Shown here: piece by piece, positions 10,081 to 19,057 of the stretch
How the letters are laid out: every line of letters starts with the position of its first letter
How positions within the stretch are numbered: position 1 is the stretch's first letter
Assembly: GCA_003551965.1 (NCBI GenBank)
Contig: PUOC01000169.1
Coordinates: 1-55,857 of the forward strand
DNA: 55,857 bases
Direction of reading: 5' to 3'
Source of the DNA: Clostridiales bacterium
GTDB lineage: Bacteria; Bacillota; Limnochordia; Darwinibacteriales; B1SED10-159
Program-made: the position numbers and the translations under genes
Notes under the pieces: model-generated
What the model was told of the DNA's origin: nothing
The model's input: the letters and a program-made list of their open reading frames with translations, nothing else
Database searches by the model: none

Positions 10081-11130
10081 GTGGCCATATCACTGCAGCA
10101 TGTCACCAAAACCTATAGCTCTGCCAATGGCCCTGCTGTTGATGGTCTCTCGCTGGACATCCCCCAAGGGCATATTACGACACTGCTTGGTCCCAGCGGC
10201 TGCGGAAAGACAACGACCCTGCGTCTCATTGCCGGTTTTGAGCGGCCGGAGCAGGGAAGTATTGCCATCGCAGGCCGCACCATGGCGGACAACCAGCGGT
10301 GGGTCCCTCCGGAAAAACGGGGAATCGGCATGGTCTTCCAGGACTACGCCCTCTTCCCCCATCTAAACGTCGAACGCAATACCGGCTTCGGCCTCAAAGG
10401 TCCGGACTTAAAAAAGAAAGTACAGAGCACACTGGATCTGGTGGGCCTTGGAAACTATCTCAAGGCCATGCCCCATGAATTGTCAGGGGGACAGCAACAG
10501 CGGGTGGCATTGGCCCGTGCCCTCATTCGGGATCCTTTGGTCATTCTGTTCGATGAACCGTTCAGCAACCTGGATACGGACCTGCGGGAGCAGATGCGCC
10601 AGGAAGTGGTGGATATTCTGCAACGCGCCCATGCCACGGCCGTGTTCGTCACCCATGATCAAAGAGAAGCCTTGGCCATATCCGACCAGATCGTCGTAAT
10701 GAAGGACGGGCGCATACAGCAGCAAGGCAGTCCCCGGGAAATCTACCAATATCCGGAAACTGCCTTTGTGGCAAGCTTTGTCGGCCAGTCCAATCTACTG
10801 CCCGGCACCATGGGTACAGACGGGTACGTCATGACCGCACTCGGGCCCATACCGTGCCATCACACCCATGGCCGTGAAACGGGTGAACCAGTGACTCTTT
10901 CCATTCGCCCCGACAGTTTTGAAATGGATCCCGATGGCGAACTAGAAGGCACCATCCTGCGAACGGTGTACACAGGAGAAGCCATTGACGCCCTTGTCAC
11001 CCTAGGACAAGGCAGCACGGCCTGCAACATCTGGGTGCACATTCATCCGGAAGAACAGGTGCGCACGGGCACCGTTTTGCGTTTTACGGTTCTGCCGCAC
11101 TTTGTCGCTGTCATTCGCGGCGATGCCTAA
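10081..11130 (+). CDS. ABC transporter ATP-binding protein (FbpC/PotA-like)
   Basis: It carries Walker A GPSGCGKTT, the signature LSGGQQQRVALARAL and Walker B ILFDEPFSNLD. The start was set to the GTG at 10081, 9 nt after AGGAGG. Confidence 0.9.
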   Translation: MAISLQHVTKTYSSANGPAVDGLSLDIPQGHITTLLGPSGCGKTTTLRLIAGFERPEQGSIAIAGRTMADNQRWVPPEKRGIGMVFQDYALFPHLNVERNTGFGLKGPDLKKKVQSTLDLVGLGNYLKAMPHELSGGQQQRVALARALIRDPLVILFDEPFSNLDTDLREQMRQEVVDILQRAHATAVFVTHDQREALAISDQIVVMKDGRIQQQGSPREIYQYPETAFVASFVGQSNLLPGTMGTDGYVMTALGPIPCHHTHGRETGEPVTLSIRPDSFEMDPDGELEGTILRTVYTGEAIDALVTLGQGSTACNIWVHIHPEEQVRTGTVLRFTVLPHFVAVIRGDA

Positions 11131-11203
11131 GTGACCTGGCGTGCGCTGTCCCGGACAGGCACCGAACTGGACGGCCGATTGCCGTGGATGGGAAATCCGC
11201 AGG

Positions 11204-12265
11204 TCACCGGGATTGATCTGGCTCCCCGTCAGCCCTTGATACACACCGGCCGGCGGTTTGGACAAAGGCGGCCTCCACCCTTTCCATATCCACATCGTCC
11301 AGCTGGCAATGGGTAACCAACCGCAGCAGATTAGGCCCGACGGCGTTGGACAGAACACCATGTTCCTGCAGGGATTGCACCCAGTCAGCGGCGGAGCCCT
11401 GCACCGTCAGATAGAGCATGTTCGTTTCCACCGGCTGGGCCAAAGCCACACCGCTGTGGGCCGTAAGCCGCTCGGCCAAGACCTGCGCCCGACTGTGATC
11501 CTCACGGAGACGTTCCGTCATGTTCCGCAGCGCCCAAAGGCCCGCGGCGGCAGCCACTCCTGCCTGCCGCATACCTCCTCCCAGCAGTTTGCGGTTCTTG
11601 CGGGCCCTGGCAACAAATGCGGCACTTCCCACCAGCACGGAACCCATGGGAGCTGCCAGCCCTTTGGATAGGCAAACCATAACGGAGTCAAAGGGAGCTG
11701 CCAATTCCTTGGCAGCGCTCCCGGACGCCACCGCGGCATTGAACAGCCGCGCGCCGTCTAAGTGCACCCTTAAGCCGGCTTCCCGTGCTGTTTCGGCTGT
11801 TTCAGCCACCGCATCCTGGGGCAGCACTCGCCCGCCTGCCCGGTTGTGTGTGTTTTCCATGCATAGGAGTTTCGGTCTCGGAAAGTGAATATTCGCAGGC
11901 CGCAGCGCCTCCTGCAGCTGGCCGGCGGAAATTAGGCCGCGATCCCCTGCAATCAGGTTAGGCACCAAACCGGCCACCCGGCAAAGGCCGCCCACTTCAT
12001 AATAGTAGATGTGCGCTTCTTGGTCCAAAAGGACCTCATCACCGGGAGTAGTGTGGCTCATGAGTGCAGCCAGGTTTCCCATGGTACCGCTGGCGGTGAA
12101 TAAACCGGCTTCTTTGCCGAGGACGTCAGCGGCTTCTGCCTCCAGTTCGTTTACCGTAGGGTCTTCTCCGTAGACGTCATCGCCCAGTTCCGCTTCGGCC
12201 ATGGCAAGCCGCATTTCGGGAGTGGGCAGTGTGATGGTGTCGCTGCGCAGATCGATGGTTTTCAA
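11204..12265 (-). CDS. ltaE: Low-specificity L-threonine aldolase
   Basis: The N-terminus reads [63 protein letters not shown]. The start is a TTG with a GGAGG SD 7 nt upstream. Confidence 0.88.
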   Translation of the reverse strand: MKTIDLRSDTITLPTPEMRLAMAEAELGDDVYGEDPTVNELEAEAADVLGKEAGLFTASGTMGNLAALMSHTTPGDEVLLDQEAHIYYYEVGGLCRVAGLVPNLIAGDRGLISAGQLQEALRPANIHFPRPKLLCMENTHNRAGGRVLPQDAVAETAETAREAGLRVHLDGARLFNAAVASGSAAKELAAPFDSVMVCLSKGLAAPMGSVLVGSAAFVARARKNRKLLGGGMRQAGVAAAAGLWALRNMTERLREDHSRAQVLAERLTAHSGVALAQPVETNMLYLTVQGSAADWVQSLQEHGVLSNAVGPNLLRLVTHCQLDDVDMERVEAAFVQTAGRCVSRADGEPDQSR

Positions 12266-12549
12266 GCTGAAGCCTCCGTTCTTGTCTTGGATATTCAGAT
12301 TTTCCCGTCACAGCAGCCATCCCCTGCCGGACCTGTTTCGCAGGCGTGTTCCCGCTGCCGATGCTCCGCGGATCAGCCTCCTGTGTCTCTGAAACAGTTG
12401 GATGCAGCAAGCCTGCTTGCTGTGCCCCGGTGCAAAAAAACGCTCGGTACGGCTGATTTCGGGAGGGCTCTCCTGGCACATCGGCGCAGGAAGTCCGCCG
12501 CAGAAAACCGAAGTATGCATGGGACAGCACAAGGTTTCGGGAGGAACAT

Positions 12550-13776
12550 ATGATGCAGCAGCGTTGGAACACTCCTGCTGCTTCCTGGCTGCGTTGGTTG
12601 GGCGCCGCGCTGCTGATGGGAGCCGCCGGAGGTCTGTCCGCCATACTTCTGCAGAAGGGTATCGGTCTTATCCAAGCTTGCACAAGTCAAATGCCCCTGT
12701 GGCTGGCACCTGTTATGGGCAGCATTCTCGCCTCGTTCATCTTTCGGTATGACTCCCTGGCCCGAGGATTCGGCGCCAATCACTATATCGATTCGGTTAC
12801 CTTTCGACAGGGCAAAATGCGGATCCGTACTCTCTTCACCAAATTCGCTGCCACTGTACTTACCATCGGATTCTGGGGCAGCGGCGGACTGCAGGGACCG
12901 CTGTTGGTCATCGGCGGCAATATCGCCAATGCTTTGACAAAATATGGGGTTTTCAGGCCGCTCTTTCATCCGGACTATCTGAGACTGCTTAGTATCTGCG
13001 GCGCAGCGGGAGCCATTGGAGCCAACCTCCGGGCCCCCTTGGGAGGCGGCTTGTTTGTTGTGGAAATCCTTTATCATTCGTCCCTGCGCCTTCCCACATT
13101 ACTCACGGCCGTGGTCTCCTCATGTGCGGGTTTTGCCGTTTTCTACTTTGCGATCACCCCGGAGCCTTTGCTTGCTATTCCAGAACACGCCCCCGTCTCC
13201 GGGGATATCCCGGCAATCATCTTGGCCAGCCTGGCAGCGGGTCTGGTTTCGTACGGGTTTATCTACCTCTTCAATGCCATTCGCTGGTGTTTCCAGCACG
13301 TTCGTCGGCGAACACTGTGTCCCATCCTAGGCGGAGCAGCGACGGGCATGGTCTTCATCTTTGCGCCCCAAGCTGCCGGCAGCGGTATTCATGGGATCAG
13401 GGATATGCTCGTGGAACTGCCTTCCTGGTCTCTGGCGGCCTGTCTCATTGCTGCAAAGATGCTGGCCACCTCGTTCACCGTGGGCTCCGGAGGCAGCGGC
13501 GGCTTGGTCATGCCTGCTCTTATGGTGGGAGCACTAGCCGGCAGCGGGACAGCCTCGCTCCTAGGCATGGAAACGGCTGCTGCCGGGGCATTTTTGACAA
13601 CGGCAGCCATGGCAGCCAGCCTAGCTTCCACCATTCACGTCCCCTGGGCAGCGGCCGTCATTTTCGTCGAAATAGGTGGCTGGAGTGCCCTTTTACCCGC
13701 CGTCTTAGGAAGCGGCATCGGCTTTTTCCTAACAAGGGGACAGAACATCTACGGCATTATTCAGCAGCCGAGATAG
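12550..13776 (+). CDS. ClC (voltage-gated chloride channel) family protein, divergent
   Basis: The polytopic 408-aa protein has ClC-like blocks AGAIGANLRAPLGGGLFVVE and GSGGSGGLVMPALMVGA. Its SD is GGGAGGA. The selectivity-filter motifs are non-canonical (see findings). Confidence 0.8.
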   Translation: MMQQRWNTPAASWLRWLGAALLMGAAGGLSAILLQKGIGLIQACTSQMPLWLAPVMGSILASFIFRYDSLARGFGANHYIDSVTFRQGKMRIRTLFTKFAATVLTIGFWGSGGLQGPLLVIGGNIANALTKYGVFRPLFHPDYLRLLSICGAAGAIGANLRAPLGGGLFVVEILYHSSLRLPTLLTAVVSSCAGFAVFYFAITPEPLLAIPEHAPVSGDIPAIILASLAAGLVSYGFIYLFNAIRWCFQHVRRRTLCPILGGAATGMVFIFAPQAAGSGIHGIRDMLVELPSWSLAACLIAAKMLATSFTVGSGGSGGLVMPALMVGALAGSGTASLLGMETAAAGAFLTTAAMAASLASTIHVPWAAAVIFVEIGGWSALLPAVLGSGIGFFLTRGQNIYGIIQQPR

Positions 13777-13809
13777 AAAGTGTCAAGAGCAGGCCATGCC
13801 CATGCCCCA

Positions 13810-15177
13810 TCAGGAGTAATCCCCTGAGCCATCCACACGCCCCTCCATATTGGCCAGCGTTTCCTGGAGGCTCTGCATGTAGGGAGAAGCGTCCCGGGGA
13901 GCTTTTTCCATGGCATGGCGGATGTTTTGGATATCTTCTCCCGTTCCCATGCGAGTCAGGGCCATGGCAGCCACTTCACGCCCATGACCCCAATGGGTGC
14001 TGTCGAAAATTTCCCGCAAGAGGCCAGCCACCCGTTTGCTGGGCCGTCCTTTGCTGAGTGTATCGGCCAGTACGGCCATCAGGGGCCCGTCCTGCCTTTG
14101 GCCCCGCAGGTATCTGCGGATGGAGGGGACAGCCTTATGGCCTAAGGAGCGCAGACAGCGCAGGCCCTCCTCGAACACGCTGTCCCAAGGGTCGGCCTCC
14201 GCCAGTACATTCAGTGCAGCCTCAGCACCTTCCCGGCTGCCCCAGAGCGCTAAGATCTGCAGGGCTCGAGCGCCGACCGTGCTGTCGGCCGCTTCGCCGT
14301 CTGCCGAGGAACGGGCCGCTTCGCCGAGGATAGGCGCTACCTTGTCTCGGTAGGGGCTTAAGCCATCGGCAACCTTTTCCACGGTCACAGCCGGATCAAC
14401 CAGCTGATCCAGCCAGCGATCGAGCTGGTCCGGCTCAATCACGATGCGCCGGTCGGTAAAGGAACCCTTATCACTGCGGTCATTGCGAAAGGCACCCAGA
14501 TCCACGACGACGCTGCCGCCGACAGTACTGCGCTTCTGGCGTTCGGTGGCGGCGTCTTCAAAGGGAAAGCTGAAATACGGTGCCACCGAAAAATTGTTGG
14601 CCATCGTCTGGATCCCCGCTAGATACAACTGCAGCCGCGCGTGCCCAATCCGGAACCAGATGGGACGCAGATGGGCGCCGCGCATGACCTGAGAACCGAC
14701 CTGGGCCAGCGTATGCAGGCCTTCTTCCCAAAGCCCCTGCAGAAACTGTTTCTGCACTGTGATCAGCAGCCGGTCAACATCGTCGTTGGGATCGTAGGCT
14801 CCGCTGCGATACACTTGGAAAAGTTCAATATACATGGGAAAGCGCTGTTCCAATGCCCATCCGGGGCCATTGAGGTAGCGCTCACCGAGGGCCTGGACGT
14901 CTAAGGGCAGCAGCGACTCAGACAGCTCCTTACGCAGACCGCTTAAGGCTTCACCCATGCGGGCCTCGGCCTCTTCAGCCTCATCGCTGGACTCCAGGCC
15001 GGCCCAAAACAACGTTGAAACCAACAGCAGTTCCAGCGTTGAACTGTAGCTTGTCAGTAGCAGCTCCCTGTCATAGAACATCATTCCGTCGCGGATGTCC
15101 AAACAGGTGGAGACAAATCCGTCCATGGTCGTCATGGATTCAATTTCCTTCATTACCTGACGATAATCTACTCTCAA
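13810..15177 (-). CDS. Hypothetical protein with a C-terminal HEAT-like repeat region
   Basis: A 455-aa ORF that looks coding. I do not recognise the N-terminal ~280 aa. The C-terminus has helical repeats resembling PBS-lyase HEAT repeats (ALQILALWGSREGAEAALNVL.., ..EVAAMALTRMGTGEDIQNIRHAM). It lies 57 nt downstream of rnhA on the same strand. Confidence 0.6.
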   Translation of the reverse strand: MRVDYRQVMKEIESMTTMDGFVSTCLDIRDGMMFYDRELLLTSYSSTLELLLVSTLFWAGLESSDEAEEAEARMGEALSGLRKELSESLLPLDVQALGERYLNGPGWALEQRFPMYIELFQVYRSGAYDPNDDVDRLLITVQKQFLQGLWEEGLHTLAQVGSQVMRGAHLRPIWFRIGHARLQLYLAGIQTMANNFSVAPYFSFPFEDAATERQKRSTVGGSVVVDLGAFRNDRSDKGSFTDRRIVIEPDQLDRWLDQLVDPAVTVEKVADGLSPYRDKVAPILGEAARSSADGEAADSTVGARALQILALWGSREGAEAALNVLAEADPWDSVFEEGLRCLRSLGHKAVPSIRRYLRGQRQDGPLMAVLADTLSKGRPSKRVAGLLREIFDSTHWGHGREVAAMALTRMGTGEDIQNIRHAMEKAPRDASPYMQSLQETLANMEGRVDGSGDYS

Positions 15178-15234
15178 CAGTGCATCTCCCTTCAGCGGAT
15201 GTCTCCCCTTCGGATTTCAGTCAACCGATGCGGT

Positions 15235-15672
15235 CTAGGTATTGTCTTTGATGGCCTGGACGGCCAGTTGATCACTGCGATTGTTCCACACATTGTCACT
15301 GTGCCCCTTCACTTTGACCCACGTAATATCGTGGGTCTTTGTTAAGGGCAGCAGCTGCTGCCAAAGATCTTGGTTTTTTACCGGCTGGTTGCGGGAATTC
15401 ATCCAAGAGCGACGCTCCCAGTTTCTTATCCAGCTCTGCCGAAAGGCATTGATTACGTAAGCACTGTCGGAATACAACTTGACTTTGCACGGCTCTTTCA
15501 GAGCCGCCAGCCCTTCAATGACCGCCCGCAACTCCATGCGCTGGTTTGTGGTGTCTGCCTCAAAACCAGACAGCTCTTTCTTTTTGCCCTCATAGAGCAA
15601 AACGACGCCCCACCCTCCCGGCCCGGGATTGCCGGAGCACGCTCCGTCGGTATATATTTCCACTGTTTTCAC
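15235..15672 (-). CDS. rnhA: Ribonuclease HI
   Basis: The translation reads VEIYTDGACSGNPGPGGWGVVLLYEGKKKELSG..TTNQRMELRAVIEGL..LYSDSAYVIN..WVKVKGHSDNVWNNRSDQLA. The start was set to the GTG at 15672 (145 aa). The 239-aa ORF in the track adds an implausible extension. Confidence 0.88.
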   Translation of the reverse strand: MKTVEIYTDGACSGNPGPGGWGVVLLYEGKKKELSGFEADTTNQRMELRAVIEGLAALKEPCKVKLYSDSAYVINAFRQSWIRNWERRSWMNSRNQPVKNQDLWQQLLPLTKTHDITWVKVKGHSDNVWNNRSDQLAVQAIKDNT

Positions 15673-15854
15673 ACGACAACCTTCTTTCTTGCCTTTCGCT
15701 CCCAGTTTGGTAAAAACCGACCTCTCACGTCGGCTATCCGAGCTCACATTCCGTACATGGGCTGTCGGATACTGTGGGCTTTCGTCTCCGCCGGTGCCGA
15801 CGCCTCTCTTGGCACCATTGTGCGGATATGGTATCGTAAGAGTGCAGACCGTTA

Positions 15855-16661
15855 GTGACGCCTGGGGAGGTGGTACTGCTGGAGGAATTTGTGGCCGTCC
15901 TTGAACCGGGGGACAAACGTTTGCATACGTCCTGCGTACAATGTGAAACGGCACTGGCCGAAGGTGACGCGATCATTGAATGTCCCCGGTGCCATCGTCT
16001 GCATCATGTCCGGTGTTGGAAGAACAGGGGGGGCTGCGCTGCCTATGGCTGTCCGCAGACAGCCAAGGCCGTGAAGGGAGAAAAACCTTCTGGGGACGGA
16101 CCGCCGCCGCCCTTGGACCGCCGCTGGTTCTTCGCTGGAGGAGTAATCATTGCCGTGTTGATCGCGGCAGTTCTTCTCTGGCCGCAAGCACCGGACCCGG
16201 CCATGGGACGGCAGCGTATTGCGTTTATGACTGAAGCAGGCGGTGCAGAGCAGGCTGCGCTTCTCCGTCTGCAGGAACAGTTCAATGAGCACCATCCCGA
16301 GCTGTACTTGGATCTGCAGCTGCTGCCCTACGGCGGCATGGAAATAAAACTGGTCGTATCCATGGGTGCCGGCGAGGCTCCGGATATACTCGGCCTTCGC
16401 CGTGAACGAATGCAAGCCCTCGCCGATCAAGGAGCTCTGCATAACCTGGGAACAGATGAAGAACCCGCTTGGGGGATGCCATATCCCGGGCGCCCCGATT
16501 GGAAGCTCTGCATCTTTGTGGAACCCGAGGACCTGCAGCGAACGAAAGAAGTGCTGGATTTCCTCCTGGAAAATTTGTCCGCCACAGACAACGCCGATCG
16601 CCCCAGGTACAATCATGAGCCTGTTCTGCAGTCTCAAACAAAGGCAATGGGACCCGGATAA
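15855..16661 (+). CDS. Membrane protein: N-terminal Cys/His-rich RING-like zinc finger, one TM helix, and a partial solute-binding-protein-like ectodomain
   Basis: The zinc-finger region is CVQCETALAEGDAIIECPRCHRLHHVRCWKNRGGCAAYGC. The TM helix is WFFAGGVIIAVLIAAVLLW. The following ~150 aa resemble the first lobe of a family-1 SBP (..LVVSMGAGEAPDILGL..). The start is uncertain: a GTG near 15888 has a GGAGGA SD. The antisense ORF 15852..16694 looks non-coding. Confidence 0.6.
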   Translation: MTPGEVVLLEEFVAVLEPGDKRLHTSCVQCETALAEGDAIIECPRCHRLHHVRCWKNRGGCAAYGCPQTAKAVKGEKPSGDGPPPPLDRRWFFAGGVIIAVLIAAVLLWPQAPDPAMGRQRIAFMTEAGGAEQAALLRLQEQFNEHHPELYLDLQLLPYGGMEIKLVVSMGAGEAPDILGLRRERMQALADQGALHNLGTDEEPAWGMPYPGRPDWKLCIFVEPEDLQRTKEVLDFLLENLSATDNADRPRYNHEPVLQSQTKAMGPG

Positions 16662-16674
16662 GGAGATGCCATCC

Positions 16675-17880
16675 ATGAAGATCGCCATATTCACCGACAG
16701 CTACACGCCCTATGTCAGCGGCGTCGTCCGTTCAATTCAGCGGTTCAGCACCGGCCTGAAGCGCCTCGGGCACGACGTCTATGTGTTCGCGCCGGCATAT
16801 GGGGGGCCCCACGGCGACGACAAGACCGACAGCAGCGGCGCGGTCATCTATCGGTTTCATTCCCTGCGGGCACCGACCTGCAGAGGTTTTTCGCTGCCGA
16901 TACCCATTTCACCCCGGGCCGACCGTTTCATCAATCAGCTGGGGATTGACGTAATTCACAGCCATTCGCCGTTTCTCATGGGCCAGCTCAGCGCCAACCT
17001 ATCTTGGCGCACGGGCATTCCTCTGGTCTTTACACACCACACCATGTATCACCAATATGTCCATTATATCCCAGCACCGAGAACCATGACAAGGCAGATG
17101 GTTATACGGTTCCTGCAGCACTACTGCCGCCAGTGTGACCACCTGATTGCGCCCACTGCCCAGTTCAAGGAAATGATGCAGTCACTGTATAATATACACG
17201 TGCCCATCAGCAGCATTCCCACGGGAGTAGACCTGACTCCTTACGATACAGCGGACAGCCTCTTCTTGGCGCAGATGTTTTCCCTGCCGCAGGATACGGA
17301 CTTCCTTCTCTTCGTGGGCCGTTTGGGGCGTGAAAAGAACCCGCAGTTGGTCCTGGACGCCTTCAAAAGGCTGGCCAGCCAGTTTCCCGGTCTCCATCTC
17401 GTCTTCGTGGGCGATGGGCCGGAACGCCAACCCCTGACAGACGATGCCCGCAAGAACGGCTTGGCAGAGCGCGTTCACTTTACCGGTGTGCTCACGGCGG
17501 ATGAAGTGGTCTCAGCCTACGCCAGTGCCACGGCATTCGTGTTTGGCTCTGTCACGGAAACGCAGGGATTGGTCACCGTCGAGGCCATGGCCGCTGGGAC
17601 CCCCGTGGTGGCAGTACGTGCCACCGGATCCGAAGACATGGTAGAGCACGGATACAACGGTTTCCTGACCGAGAATACCGCCGATTCTCTCAGCTATTAT
17701 ACCAAAGAACTGCTGGAGAATGAAGACGTCTATCGGCGAATGCGCCGCCAAGCCCTGCTGTCAGCGCAGGAATTTTCCCTGACCGGCACCGCGAAGAAAC
17801 TGTTGCAGGTCTATGACCAGGTTGTACAGGGGCCGAAGCAACCCCATTGGCTGCCGCGCATGTTCTCCAAGACTCCATAG
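16675..17880 (+). CDS. Glycosyltransferase family 4 (GT-B fold)
   Basis: The N-terminus is MKIAIFTDSYTPYVSGVVRSIQRF. The C-terminal sugar-nucleotide-binding region reads ..FVGRLGREKN..VFGSVTETQGLVTVEAMAAGTPVV... The start was set to the ATG at 16675, 9 nt after TAAGGAG. Confidence 0.88.
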   Translation: MKIAIFTDSYTPYVSGVVRSIQRFSTGLKRLGHDVYVFAPAYGGPHGDDKTDSSGAVIYRFHSLRAPTCRGFSLPIPISPRADRFINQLGIDVIHSHSPFLMGQLSANLSWRTGIPLVFTHHTMYHQYVHYIPAPRTMTRQMVIRFLQHYCRQCDHLIAPTAQFKEMMQSLYNIHVPISSIPTGVDLTPYDTADSLFLAQMFSLPQDTDFLLFVGRLGREKNPQLVLDAFKRLASQFPGLHLVFVGDGPERQPLTDDARKNGLAERVHFTGVLTADEVVSAYASATAFVFGSVTETQGLVTVEAMAAGTPVVAVRATGSEDMVEHGYNGFLTENTADSLSYYTKELLENEDVYRRMRRQALLSAQEFSLTGTAKKLLQVYDQVVQGPKQPHWLPRMFSKTP

Positions 17881-17910
17881 GGCGTAGCGGCTATGGTGGA
17901 AACCCCCGAA

Positions 17911-17956
17911 ACCAGACAGCCTCTCCAGATCCGATGTTCTGGAGAGGCTGGTTTTA
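17911..17956. terminator. Bidirectional terminator between the convergent GT4 and LemA genes
   Basis: A 12-bp perfect stem, CAGCCTCTCCAG (17917..17928) pairing with CTGGAGAGGCTG (17939..17950), is extended by ACCAG/..GGTTTT. U-rich tails are available on both strands. Confidence 0.75.
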
Positions 17957-18550
17957 CATCTGGGGTGTGGGGACTTCCTGGGAGCGGGGCGGTATCTGCA
18001 GATATGGTTTAAGGCGCCAACCCAACAGATTGGCCATAACCACCGTTGGAAAACTTCGCAGCGCGTTGTTCCATACCTGAACCGATTCGTTGTAGCGTAT
18101 CCTTTCGACCGCAATCCGGTTTTCCAGCCGGGCCAGCTGCTGGCGGAGCTCTACATAGTCTTGGTCGGCCTGCAGATCGGGGTAGCTTTCGCTGATCACC
18201 TTGAGATTGGCCACCGCGATGTCCAATCTTCGGTTGGCCCGAATTTGCTCCCGATATCCCTCGACGTCTAAAAAGTGCTGGCGCGCCGCCTGGGCTTCGT
18301 CAATGATATCCTCTTCATGCGCGGCATACTCCTCCACCAATACCAGGAGTTCTCCCGTCAATTCGACGCGGTTATACAGCTCGCCCTCGGCTCGGCTCCA
18401 ACGGTTCTCAATGCGGCCTTCCAAACTCCGCAGTTGAACACAGCGATAGCCTGCAGCCGCAGCCGTTGCCACAAGCACCACAAGCAAGAGAATCAGTGCT
18501 GCTTTCCGATAACGCACAATTTCCACTCCGTTCATGGAACCCGTTTTCAA
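17954..18550 (-). CDS. LemA family protein
   Basis: It has an N-terminal TM helix (AALILLLVVLVATAAAAG). The LemA-like core reads ..RSLEGRIENRWSRAEGELYNRVELTGELLVLVEEYAAHEE..LENRIAVERIRYNESVQVWNNALRSFPTVVMANLLGW... Start is either the TTG at 18550 or the ATG at 18535. Confidence 0.85.
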   Translation of the reverse strand: MKTGSMNGVEIVRYRKAALILLLVVLVATAAAAGYRCVQLRSLEGRIENRWSRAEGELYNRVELTGELLVLVEEYAAHEEDIIDEAQAARQHFLDVEGYREQIRANRRLDIAVANLKVISESYPDLQADQDYVELRQQLARLENRIAVERIRYNESVQVWNNALRSFPTVVMANLLGWRLKPYLQIPPRSQEVPTPQM

Positions 18551-18580
18551 GCCGAATCCGAATGGGCTGCCGCCCGCCGG

Positions 18581-19057
18581 TCAATGCATGTTGCCCCGGG
18601 AATTGCCGCTGTCTGTCCGATGACGCCCGCTGAAACGTCGAATGCGGCTGGTCGGGTCGTCCCTGCCTAAACTGCGGGGAAATCCGGAACGACCTAACTG
18701 CCGAGGGCGATCCCGGCTGATCCGAATCGGGGTATCGCCTTCGGCATGATCGTGGCTGCGGCGCTTCATCAAAAAAGCAATCAGCAGGAAGATAATGGCG
18801 GCGGCGAGCCAAGCATGGGCCGGATCAGTGCTCGCGGCAGGTTCTTCTTCTTCCCCGCCTGGCTCTGCATGCATCCGTGAACTCCCAGCGTCGCCGGGAA
18901 ATGCTGCCGACACCTTCTGTGAAACAAGGGCGGCGGAGCCGCCCGGCAAGTCGGCGCCGCCCAATCCAAACACAGAAACCAATGCTCCCGGATGGAGCGG
19001 CACTGTCCACTGAAACCAAAGAACGAAGCAGACCGCAGCCGCCAGACGCCACATCAT
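18581..19057 (-). CDS. Hypothetical bitopic membrane protein with an Arg-rich tail
   Basis: The ATG at 19057 overlaps the flavin reductase stop (ATGATG / TGA). It has a signal-like N-terminus MMWRLAAAVCFVLWF and a second TM helix AWLAAAIIFLLIAFL, followed by a basic, low-complexity tail. I recognise no homology, and the composition is marginal for coding sequence. Confidence 0.4.
   Translation of the reverse strand: MMWRLAAAVCFVLWFQWTVPLHPGALVSVFGLGGADLPGGSAALVSQKVSAAFPGDAGSSRMHAEPGGEEEEPAASTDPAHAWLAAAIIFLLIAFLMKRRSHDHAEGDTPIRISRDRPRQLGRSGFPRSLGRDDPTSRIRRFSGRHRTDSGNSRGNMH

Noticed and set aside
12266-12549. Possible fluoride (crcB-type) riboswitch upstream of the ClC gene, or a glycine riboswitch upstream of ltaE, in the 284-bp divergent spacer
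   Set aside because: AAACGCTCGGTACGGCTGAT superficially resembles the AAAC-P3-CUGAUG part of the fluoride aptamer. However, the 5' GGnGAUGG..CC helix and its pseudoknot partner are missing. On the other strand GGAGAG and ACCGA occur, but not the ACCGAAGGGGCAA / CUCAGGCAAAAGGAC cores. The T7 run is not preceded by a stable stem. Only a CAGCAAG..CTTGCTG hairpin (12405..12422) remains unexplained.
15673-15954. N-terminal extensions of track ORFs (rnhA to 15954, rplP to 51493, rpsC to 52058, rplM to 37323, rpsJ to 55499, truA to 38203, amidohydrolase to 35387, ADP-kinase to 4645) as possible fused domains
   Set aside because: The extensions overlap upstream genes or lack homology. Each has an internal start with a proper SD that gives the canonical protein N-terminus.
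15852-16694. A 280-aa minus-strand ORF covering the RING-finger/TM/SBP gene
   Set aside because: Its translation has no domain-like features and is rich in odd residue runs. The plus-strand frame has a coherent zinc finger, a TM helix and an SBP-like domain, and it leads directly into the GT4 gene.
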